From contig JAKORA010000069.1 in assembly GCA_029778075.1 (NCBI GenBank), forward strand, positions 1 through 45,295: 45,295 bases of DNA. The letters are read 5' to 3'. Below are positions 1 to 8,067 of this stretch, piece by piece. The translations under genes and the position numbers were made by a program. The DNA comes from Bacillota bacterium (lineage in GTDB: Bacteria; Bacillota; Dethiobacteria; DTU022; UBA8154). How positions within the stretch are numbered: position 1 is the stretch's first letter; every line of letters starts with the position of its first letter. The notes below the pieces were generated by a model, which did not search any database, was not told the DNA's origin, and worked only from the letters and a program-made list of their open reading frames with translations.

Positions 1-1296
1 CTTCTCCGGTATGAGTCCATCCACCTGGTCATCCACACCGACCCCCCGGGAAAATCTTAATTTGGGGCGGTCGGCTATTTCACTGGGCAGCAAATCCCGG
101 AAAGCTTCCCGGAGAATCCACTTTTCCACCGGCATCTCCCCTTGATAAATTTTAAGCTCCATGGGGAGCCTATGGCTCATGGCCACCACGGCCGGGTGCA
201 GGAAGGGCGCATAGTATTCAATGCTGTTGGACATCCACCCCCGGTCAAGCCTGCGGAGAGCCGTATTGTAGGCTATATCCACCAGTTTTCTGGCGATCCT
301 CTCTTTCTCGGCAGGGTCTGCAATATCCTGGAGTTCCCGGAAATACCCGCCAAAAAGCTCATCAGCTCCTTCTCCTACCAGCACGCTGTGCACATGTCTT
401 GAGGCCAGCAGTGAGGTATAATAGTTGGCGATAAACCCGAAAATACAGTCCTCATCAAAGGATTCCAGGTACCACACCGCCTCCGGAATAATTTTGGCGA
501 TATCTTCCCGGGTTATTTCGTAAATATGGTGTTCCACACCGAGATCTTCTGCCAGCAACTTTGCATACTGAAGGTCTTCACCGGGATCTCCGGCCACAGT
601 AGCGGTAAAGGCTTTAAGCTTATTATTGTACTGGCAGGCAACAGCCAGTATAATGGAGCTGTCCAGGCCACCGCTTAAAGCGACCCCCTCAATATTGCCG
701 CTGGCAAGCGCCTGCTCTATCGCCTGCACAAGCAACTCCCGCACCGCGCTGACGGCCTCCTCGGGAGTATCCCACTCAGGCAAAGTAACAGAAAAATCCT
801 TAAACGGCCGGCGTCCCTCTTTGGTGGAGTAATAATGCCCCGGAGGCAGCTCCTCTACCTTTTCGGCAAACGGTTTGAGCGCCTTCCCTTCAGAGGCAAA
901 CAACAGCTCACCATGCGGTGATTCATGATAAATCATCGGCCGGGCGCCTACATGGTCCCGGGCAATAATACATTCATCTTCCTCGACAATGGCACAGGCA
1001 AAACTCCCGCCAATTCTGGAGAAGGCATCTTTGCCGTGCTGCAGGTACTGTTCCCGCAAATAATCGGCATCAGACAACTCATTTCGTTCATCGTTGCGTA
1101 TCAGCGCCCCGTCAATCAGCACAAAGGGGGTTGCTTTTCCGTTAATACCGTTAGCGTTTCCGACAAATCCCACAGCGCCCGATGAAAAACTTTTAATAAT
1201 AGGGCTGCTTAACCCTCGATGTTTTATGCCCTGAATCATCTGCTCCACTTTTTCAGGAGTTGCTTCTTTTCCGATATATCCTGCAAGTCCGGACAT
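1..1296 (-). CDS. Asparagine synthetase (AsnB)-like enzyme, C-terminus cut by the window edge
   Basis: Absent from the ORF track because it runs off the window. The minus-strand frame is open from the ATG at 1296 (SD cAGGAGGtaagaaagtct-ATG) to nt 1: MSGLAGYIGKEATPEKVEQMIQGIKHRG... It has the PP-loop LSGGLDSS and EGADELFGGY, typical of the AsnB synthetase domain. It starts 23 nt after the stop of the upstream MttB-like gene. Confidence 0.8.
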   Translation of the reverse strand, partial: MSGLAGYIGKEATPEKVEQMIQGIKHRGLSSPIIKSFSSGAVGFVGNANGINGKATPFVLIDGALIRNDERNELSDADYLREQYLQHGKDAFSRIGGSFACAIVEEDECIIARDHVGARPMIYHESPHGELLFASEGKALKPFAEKVEELPPGHYYSTKEGRRPFKDFSVTLPEWDTPEEAVSAVRELLVQAIEQALASGNIEGVALSGGLDSSIILAVACQYNNKLKAFTATVAGDPGEDLQYAKLLAEDLGVEHHIYEITREDIAKIIPEAVWYLESFDEDCIFGFIANYYTSLLASRHVHSVLVGEGADELFGGYFRELQDIADPAEKERIARKLVDIAYNTALRRLDRGWMSNSIEYYAPFLHPAVVAMSHRLPMELKIYQGEMPVEKWILREAFRDLLPSEIADRPKLRFSRGVGVDDQVDGLIPEK

Positions 1297-1319
1297 AGAC
1301 TTTCTTACCTCCTGTTTTC

Positions 1320-2792
1320 TTAACTCCTTCCGGCAGAGTCGTTGGACTCCAGCCTGGCGGTGACATCAGATAAATCAAGGGGAGCATCAATTCTCTTTCC
1401 CCGATAAAGATATCCTTCCCGGAGGCCTCTCCGTGCCGTTTTCATAAAAACCGTGCTTTCACCGACCCGGTTTACCGCTTTTTTGATAATGGCCAACTGT
1501 TCCTCGATATATTTTTCGCTGTAGGGTTCCAGTGGGGTTTCAATATGCCGGATACGGGCAGCCAGCTCCTCTTCTATCTTTGCATCTGCCGGAACGCCGA
1601 AAAAGTTTAGCGCCTCGACGGCAGCCTCCACTGCTATCTGTGAGGCTTTCGCCGACTGATGCTCCTTAAATTTTTCCTTCACAATCCCCAGAGCAAGATC
1701 ATCCATTACATATTGTTCATAAGAAACCGACATGACCTGGTCCAGCATGCCCAGGGCACTGTTGATGTATTGCGCGCCGGAGGCCGCCCCATAGGTCCAG
1801 CTGAGCACCTTTTCGCTTATGCCCTGTGCCGATGGCTCCCCTTCATCGGATACCCCTGCTGTTCCACAACAGGGCAGGTTGTAAAAACGGCAGAGCTGCG
1901 CCGCAAGGGCAACGCGCCGGATGCTCTCCGGCTGACACCAGCGGGGTGACCCGTCGGTATAGAGATTGGCAGTAATGGGTATGCCCCGGTAGAGCACCCT
2001 GGCCCCCGGGCGAATGATACTGGCCAGGACAAAGCCAAAGAGCAGCTCAGCATGGAGCTGCAGAAGCTCTCCCACCTCGGAAAAGGGAGCCGTGCTTCCC
2101 CCCTGAGGGCAGCAAGAGATGGCGACAGGAAGATCTTTTTCCACCAGGGCCATAAATTTTTCTCCGGCAGCGCTATCCATAACCAGTGGGCTGGAAACCA
2201 GTGAAATGATAAAGGAAACATAAGACGGATTGCCGACAATTTCCAGCACTTCATCCAGGCGCTCCACCTTGACGAGATTGGCAAGGTTCATGGGCTTGGA
2301 GCAGTACTCCTTAAATATCCGGGCCTTTTCCACATCCATCCGGTCTTCCGGAACATCGGCTTCTACCGGGCGGGTAATAAAATCGACATTTTCCAGCCGG
2401 TTGCACAGAGCCAGGATTTGCTTTAAGTCCTCCCTCCCGGCCGGCCTTCTCTGCCATCCACCGGCAGCAGGCCCTACAATATAGAGCGCCTGCCCGCCGG
2501 TACCAAATTTCACCAGGTTCTCAGTTGTCTTGACCGTAAAGGCATAGGCTGGATCCGGCGCCGCAAAGGAAATTGTTTTGGCCGTCTCTGCCAGAGCATA
2601 CTCTACCATCTCCGGGGGGATAAAAATTCGCCCCCCTGTAAACCGCGCCCCCCGGGAGCTCAGCTTTTCGGCAATACCTTCATGAGCAACTTTAACTCCT
2701 ACCTGCGCTAAAAGCCTGCAGGCCCCGGCATGAATTAGCTCCATTTCAGCAGGAGAAAGCATCTTTAGCCGCTGCATATCAGAAATGATCAT
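1320..2792 (-). CDS. MttB-superfamily (COG5598) methyltransferase, non-pyrrolysine type (substrate:corrinoid methyltransferase, paralog 3 of the operon)
   Basis: 490-aa uninterrupted ORF with family-like segments KFGTGGQALYIV and CCPQGGSTAPFS. No in-frame stop or UAG. ATGA start/stop overlap with the corrinoid-protein gene. Confidence 0.85.
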   Translation of the reverse strand: MIISDMQRLKMLSPAEMELIHAGACRLLAQVGVKVAHEGIAEKLSSRGARFTGGRIFIPPEMVEYALAETAKTISFAAPDPAYAFTVKTTENLVKFGTGGQALYIVGPAAGGWQRRPAGREDLKQILALCNRLENVDFITRPVEADVPEDRMDVEKARIFKEYCSKPMNLANLVKVERLDEVLEIVGNPSYVSFIISLVSSPLVMDSAAGEKFMALVEKDLPVAISCCPQGGSTAPFSEVGELLQLHAELLFGFVLASIIRPGARVLYRGIPITANLYTDGSPRWCQPESIRRVALAAQLCRFYNLPCCGTAGVSDEGEPSAQGISEKVLSWTYGAASGAQYINSALGMLDQVMSVSYEQYVMDDLALGIVKEKFKEHQSAKASQIAVEAAVEALNFFGVPADAKIEEELAARIRHIETPLEPYSEKYIEEQLAIIKKAVNRVGESTVFMKTARRGLREGYLYRGKRIDAPLDLSDVTARLESNDSAGRS

Positions 2793-3472
2793 GAGGCATT
2801 CCTCATTTTTTCCAGCTTGTTCAAGGCCTCCATGACATCATGGCAGTATTCATCGGCGCCGATTTTCTCGGCAAACTCTTTGGAGGTAGGCGCCCCTCCG
2901 ATAAATACCTTTATATCTGTAAAACCTTCTTCCCTCATCAGCTTTATCACCTGCTCCATTTCCATCATCGTCGTTGTTAACAGGGCGGAAAGCCCAACAA
3001 AGTCCGGTTTAAATTCCTTTATAGCTTTCAGGATATCTTCTGCCGGCACATCTATTCCCAGGTCTTTCACCTGGTATCCTGCCCCCTTGAGCATGGTGGC
3101 CACAATGTTTTTGCCGATATCGTGTAAATCCCCCTTTACCGTAGCAATGAGGAACTTTCCTTTATCGGAGATGCTGCCTCTCTGAAGTTTAGGCTCGATG
3201 ATCGCCATGGCTTCACCGACGCATTCGGCGCTGGCAAGCATGTCGGGGAGGAAATAGTCGCCCGCTTCAAACAGCTCTCCAACACGTTCCATGGACCGCC
3301 CAAAGGTTTCCATGATTTCCTGGGGTTCAATGCCCTCGGCCAGGGCTTTCTCGAGTAATTCCAGCGTCCCGGGAGTGCCTTCCATAGTGCCGTCAAAGCC
3401 TTCGTCGTCAGCATTAAGATGTCCCGCTACTATGGCGTTTTCCAGTTCTTTCAACAACTCATCTTTACTCAT
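2789..3472 (-). CDS. Corrinoid (cobalamin-binding) methyl-carrier protein, MtgC/MttC-like
   Basis: 227 aa. Helical cap followed by a B12-binding domain with the DxHxxG signature (GDLHDIGKNIV). SD cAGGAGGtttatc-ATG. Overlaps the upstream gene by 8 nt. Confidence 0.9.
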   Translation of the reverse strand: MSKDELLKELENAIVAGHLNADDEGFDGTMEGTPGTLELLEKALAEGIEPQEIMETFGRSMERVGELFEAGDYFLPDMLASAECVGEAMAIIEPKLQRGSISDKGKFLIATVKGDLHDIGKNIVATMLKGAGYQVKDLGIDVPAEDILKAIKEFKPDFVGLSALLTTTMMEMEQVIKLMREEGFTDIKVFIGGAPTSKEFAEKIGADEYCHDVMEALNKLEKMRNAS

Positions 3473-5009
3473 GATAAACCTCCTGTGATGTTAATAATCC
3501 GGGGATTTCTTTATAGATCCGCCTGATTGTTTCCGGCGGCAGCATATTGGATTTGTCGGCGAGATAGGCCTCCAGTTTGGCCTGAGCCTGGACAAAAACC
3601 TGTTCCTGATGAATTCCGTCAGAGACAAATTCATAGGTGTTGGAAACTACCTTTCTCCGCAGCTGCTTGCGAACTCCACGGGTAAACATGCCAGAGCCCT
3701 GCACAGCCTTTATAATTTCCTGTAAAGCTGCATCCAGATGTTCCTGCTCCCAGTCCGGGGAACGGAGCAAATCCTTGGCCAGGGCGATAGAGGCGTTATC
3801 CAGGACAGCCTGAAGGGGTGAAAAGATATTGGTGCCGTCAAGCAGGCCAAAGGCGTAGTGGATATAGTGCGCTCCGGCTGAAGCGACCTCCTTATAGGAA
3901 AAAAGCTTCTCCATCGTCGCTTGAATACCCGGACGTTTGGCATCACCCACGCCGGCCGAAGAATAGCAGGGTATCCCATAAAACCTTGCCAGTTGAGCGC
4001 AGCCGATGGCATAGTGGATAAACTCGGCCGTCCCGTAGCAGTCCTGAAGGGTATCCAGACGTGCCCGCACAGGCACGGAACCATACAAAACAGGTGCTCC
4101 CGGACTGGCAAACTGCGCCAAAGCAATACCCGCCAGGATTTCTGCGTTGATCTGTATCAGCATTCCTTCCTCTTGAATGGGAGCAGTTACCCCTCCCTGA
4201 GGAGAGGAGGAGATCACCATGGGGATCTTTTCCCGTGCGATGGCGATCACTTTCTCTGAACTGTCGGAGACCATGAAAAGAGGGCTCCTTACCGGACAGA
4301 CTATAAAGGACAGGGGAAGGTAGGGCTGCTCACCGGCGACTATTTTGGCCAGAGAGAGGACTGCGGGAAGAGCCCCGACGTCAGTCAGCCCCCCCTGTAC
4401 ATGCTTCGCCGTATTGAGTAAAGAAGCAAAGAAAACGTTCACATCCTTGTTGGTGGAGTCTATCCCCTCGTCCTGAATATTTATATTTCGGATAAAAAAA
4501 TCGGCATGTTCCAGGTGGTCTATGAGGCGGGCCGACTCACATAAAGCAGATATGGAACCCGGCTCTTCTGTGAACACGGGGTACTGCAGCGTATGGCGGG
4601 GGTCGGCCTGGCTTGTAAATTGCTCTATTTTTGACCGTAAATAGATGTTGGCCTCCGAGCCCGTCCCAAAATAAACCGCGGGAATATGGGCGTTCAAATA
4701 CAGCGTGTTCCGGGGATCCCGCGCACCGAGCACAACATCCGAAGGCACGCTGCGGAGGGCCTTTTCCAACACTTTTTCCGGAAACTGTATCTTCCACCGC
4801 TTCTGCTTACCGTCTGCAATTTCACTTACCCTGCACCCGGCGCTATGATAAACACCGGCAGCCTGTTCTCCCGCACACTCCATCCCTGTCTCTGCCAGCA
4901 ACTTTACCGAGGCCTCATGTATGCTCCTGATTTGCGAGAGAGTGAACCGTTCCACAGGCTGTACATACAGGGCTTTTCTATACCGTTTTTTGTGTTCATC
5001 GCAAGTCAT
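3465..5009 (-). CDS. MttB-superfamily methyltransferase, non-pyrrolysine type (paralog 2)
   Basis: ORF-track frame 3465..5024 (519 aa) with YFGTGSEANIYL and SSSPQGGVTAPIQ. I prefer the ATG at 5009 (MTCDEHKK...), which has GGGAGAG 8 nt upstream and sits 2 nt after the upstream stop. The ATG at 5024 is the alternative. Confidence 0.85.
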   Translation of the reverse strand: MTCDEHKKRYRKALYVQPVERFTLSQIRSIHEASVKLLAETGMECAGEQAAGVYHSAGCRVSEIADGKQKRWKIQFPEKVLEKALRSVPSDVVLGARDPRNTLYLNAHIPAVYFGTGSEANIYLRSKIEQFTSQADPRHTLQYPVFTEEPGSISALCESARLIDHLEHADFFIRNINIQDEGIDSTNKDVNVFFASLLNTAKHVQGGLTDVGALPAVLSLAKIVAGEQPYLPLSFIVCPVRSPLFMVSDSSEKVIAIAREKIPMVISSSPQGGVTAPIQEEGMLIQINAEILAGIALAQFASPGAPVLYGSVPVRARLDTLQDCYGTAEFIHYAIGCAQLARFYGIPCYSSAGVGDAKRPGIQATMEKLFSYKEVASAGAHYIHYAFGLLDGTNIFSPLQAVLDNASIALAKDLLRSPDWEQEHLDAALQEIIKAVQGSGMFTRGVRKQLRRKVVSNTYEFVSDGIHQEQVFVQAQAKLEAYLADKSNMLPPETIRRIYKEIPGLLTSQEVYHE

Positions 5010-5011
5010 GC

Positions 5012-5836
5012 TTATCTCTCCCATTCTTCAAATAACCCTTGCCTTATAGCCCTGGAGAATTTGCGGCAATACTTGTCCTTCCCGGCCAGCAGTTCCCCCA
5101 TAATGAGAGACTGCCTGATACCTTTTTGGGTAGGGTCGCAAATCACCGAGCTTAAACCAAAGCAGGCAGCCGCGGTTAGAAAGGCTCCGTTTACTAAAAA
5201 GCGTTTTTTCAAGCCATGAGAAATATTGGAGAGGCCCAGAGTCGTCCCGGCCGCCGGAAACAGTTCGTTAATCCTCTGGATGGTCCGGAGGGTAACCATG
5301 GCTTGCCCGGTATCCGTGGAAATAGGAATTACAAGGGGGTCAAAGAAGAGGAACTCCTCAGGCAACCCTCTTTTTACCGCCTCATTGAGGATCGACTCAC
5401 AAATAGCCAATCTTTTATCAACCTGCGGAGGTATACCCTCCTTATCCATGGCCAGAGCTATAAGGGGAACCTGGTGTTGAGAAGCCAGATCGATAATCTC
5501 CTTGGAGCTGCCGGTGAGCTCCCCGTTAATGGAATTGAGCATCCACGGCCTCCGCCCGGCCAGGTGCCCGGCAGCATGTTGGAGAATTTCAGGGCCTGCC
5601 GCATCCAGGACAAGAGCCTTCTCCGTACACTCCAGCGCTACATCGATCAGCCAGCACAGATCCTCTTTCTCCTGCTGAATATCTCCGGAACCCGTTCCGG
5701 CATTCAGGTCAATATAATGTGCTCCCGCGGCCTCCTGGCTGACAATCTCATCCCTGATAACAGCGGCATCTTTCTGCTCAATGGCCTCCCTGATCCGCTT
5801 TCTTGTCGCATTCACTCGTTCTCCAATAATTATCAT
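5012..5836 (-). CDS. Pterin-binding methyltransferase (methylcorrinoid:tetrahydrofolate methyltransferase, MtgA/MtrH/MeTr-like)
   Basis: 274 aa. The N-terminus MIIIGERVNATRK carries the IGERxN signature of pterin-binding (DHPS-like barrel) methyltransferases. SD AAGGAG 8 nt upstream. Confidence 0.8.
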   Translation of the reverse strand: MIIIGERVNATRKRIREAIEQKDAAVIRDEIVSQEAAGAHYIDLNAGTGSGDIQQEKEDLCWLIDVALECTEKALVLDAAGPEILQHAAGHLAGRRPWMLNSINGELTGSSKEIIDLASQHQVPLIALAMDKEGIPPQVDKRLAICESILNEAVKRGLPEEFLFFDPLVIPISTDTGQAMVTLRTIQRINELFPAAGTTLGLSNISHGLKKRFLVNGAFLTAAACFGLSSVICDPTQKGIRQSLIMGELLAGKDKYCRKFSRAIRQGLFEEWER

Positions 5837-5886
5837 CTACCTGCTCCTTTCGAAGCTTTGCTTTCTCTCCCCTTACCTTCTGAAGA

Positions 5887-7293
5887 TTACCTTCTGAGCT
5901 GCTCTTCAATGGCAAGGTATCTCTTTGGTTCTTCTTCAAGAATAGCGGTAACAATCTCGTGCGCCCGCCGGTCAACAGTCGGGTGCCCTTCCGCGATCCA
6001 TGCGGCACGTTGCAGGCGGTCACTGAGCAAGGGCTGATAATGCTCGGAGCGCATAAATTTCCTGGTGCTTCTACTTGTAACAAAATTGCCGCCGGGGCCG
6101 GCTTCGCTTATCTCCTCCAGGCAGAGGGTTTCCTCCGACACATTTATTCCCTTAATGGCCTGCTTAACCATGCCGATAATCTCATTGTCAATCACCAGTT
6201 TTTCCAGACTTACCGTTAAAGCAAACTCCATAAGGCCTGCAGCATCATGTATAAAGTCAGCCCCTGCCAGAGCCACCAGCAGGTTCGTGATGGCCGATTC
6301 ATATCCGCACTGGGCATCCAGCGTCTTGGAGTCGCTGATACCCGCTGTGGAATAATAGGGAAGGCCGTAGTACTGGGTCATCTGTGCTACGGCAGCATTG
6401 ATCAGGCCGCTTTCCACGGGAGCACCCAGGTAACGCATCGTCCTCATTTCCATTGACGAGGCAACACAACCATATATTACCGGCGTGCCCGGATTTACCA
6501 GTTGAGTTAACATAACATTGATCAGCGCATCACAGTTTTGGATAACAAGGGTACCGGCCAGGGACATAGGTGCGGTGCCGCCGCATAACGGTTCTGCCGG
6601 CACAGCCAGGGGAAGGCCTTCCCTGGCAATTTTAATCAGAAATGTTCCATACTTATTATCAAGCCGGAGGGGGCTGATACCGCAGGTTATAAAGGAGATA
6701 AAAGGCCGCTCCCGCAGCGCTTCCGGAGAACCGGCGACCTCTTCCGCCATACGGATAACCTCATCTATTCCCCTGAGAGTATAGACCCCGCCCATAATGT
6801 GTTTGCCGGTGTAGGTGAGCCCGGCACGGAAACGGTGCATGTCCACCTCATCCACACTAATATCATTGGGATATGTAGGGAGCAGGCACAGGTCAATATT
6901 ATCCATCCTGTCGACGATGCGGATTACATTTTCAAGGTCCTGCAAGGTAGCAGGCCTGCTTTCTTTTTGGCCATAATCCAGGATATACAGAGCTGTGCCG
7001 CCGGTTCCAAAATATACCTCACCCGAACCAAGCTTGCAGTCATGTTTCTCATCTCTCCCGTAAAGGGTTACTGTTGAAGGCGCTGAAGATATCAGCTCTT
7101 TAACAGTTTTTTCCTTTATTTTAATAATCTGCCTCTCTTCGTCGACGAAATCGGCTACCTCTTTGAAGTACTCAAAAGCTTCGGGCTGGTGGACTTCAAA
7201 CCCGGTTTCTGCCAGCACTGTCATGGTAGCTCGATCAATTTTTTCAATATCGCCCTGCGTAAGCGGCTTATATTGATGTACCCGTTTGTTCAC
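5887..7293 (-). CDS. MttB-superfamily methyltransferase, non-pyrrolysine type (paralog 1, first gene of the operon)
   Basis: 468 aa, GTG start preceded by tAGGAGGcttagagc. Contains YFGTGGTALYIL and EPLCGGTAPMS. No in-frame stop. Confidence 0.85.
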   Translation of the reverse strand: MNKRVHQYKPLTQGDIEKIDRATMTVLAETGFEVHQPEAFEYFKEVADFVDEERQIIKIKEKTVKELISSAPSTVTLYGRDEKHDCKLGSGEVYFGTGGTALYILDYGQKESRPATLQDLENVIRIVDRMDNIDLCLLPTYPNDISVDEVDMHRFRAGLTYTGKHIMGGVYTLRGIDEVIRMAEEVAGSPEALRERPFISFITCGISPLRLDNKYGTFLIKIAREGLPLAVPAEPLCGGTAPMSLAGTLVIQNCDALINVMLTQLVNPGTPVIYGCVASSMEMRTMRYLGAPVESGLINAAVAQMTQYYGLPYYSTAGISDSKTLDAQCGYESAITNLLVALAGADFIHDAAGLMEFALTVSLEKLVIDNEIIGMVKQAIKGINVSEETLCLEEISEAGPGGNFVTSRSTRKFMRSEHYQPLLSDRLQRAAWIAEGHPTVDRRAHEIVTAILEEEPKRYLAIEEQLRR

Positions 7294-8067
7294 GCTCTAA
7301 GCCTCCTATGCTCAGATTTGTGTTTTGCGCCTGTGTTTGGTAGTCAAAACGGTATTCAAAGTTTTACTAACCATCTTGGGAGATACAATTTCACATACAA
7401 TCACCTCCTCTTGCAATAGACTCTTGCACTAGAGTTCAGCTTCATTACCTCAAAAACGCAAGCGTCAAACTTTCCCCACCTTGTTTGAGCCTCAATATTG
7501 TAAGATAATCTTCCCTAGAAAAAATTTTTTGGAGAAGATATTTTCATGACCAAAGCAGAAAAACGACACTAAAAACAAAAGCTTCCCTTTTTCACCGAAT
7601 AAGCTGCGTGGAAAACAATGCAGCTATCCTTCAGCTGAATTACAGGAAGCTTTCTCCATATTATATGGGATATCTTATTAACCAACAGTTAACAAAACAA
7701 TTGCCGGGATGGGGGCGGCAGCTATTAGTCGATTTATTAAGGACACAATTGTTGCTTTTCTGAAATATTTACTCGCGAATTATTCAGCAATTTACAGCTA
7801 AGCTATAGATATCACTATCGAATATTATTCATTACGATCCTGGAAAATACCTCTGCTTTTCATTTGCCTGATGGTGAAATGGAACTTCATGCGTGTCTAA
7901 TTATTTATATTCTTGTCTTGTATTCTAATTATTCTTATTCTTATATAATATAGTATACAGTACATGGAAATTATGTCAAGGGAGTATATTTTTCCTTTTT
8001 CAAGCGCCGGGCACTGGCTTTCATTTCAGCGGGTGCACTTGCACCCAGGAAAAAGCCCCGGCAGGAT

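Noticed and set aside
5216-6037. Long plus-strand ORFs in the track (e.g. 5216-6037 at 273 aa, 13050-13853 at 267 aa, 27136-27738 at 200 aa, 38020-38652 at 210 aa, 42712-43377 at 221 aa, and many shorter ones).
   Set aside because: Each lies antisense inside a minus-strand gene with strong family motifs. Their translations are low-complexity and Arg/Pro/Ser-rich, without recognisable motifs or SD sites. I treat them as shadow ORFs.
1320-7293. Possible in-frame UAG (pyrrolysine) in the MttB homologs.
   Set aside because: All three frames are continuous from start to stop with no internal stop codon, so these are non-Pyl family members. No pyl genes are seen in the window.
8031-8046. Hairpin GGGTGCA-ct-TGCACCC just downstream of the recD2 stop, as a terminator.
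   Set aside because: The stem is only 6 bp with a 4-nt loop and there is no U-tract on the minus strand. Too weak to call.
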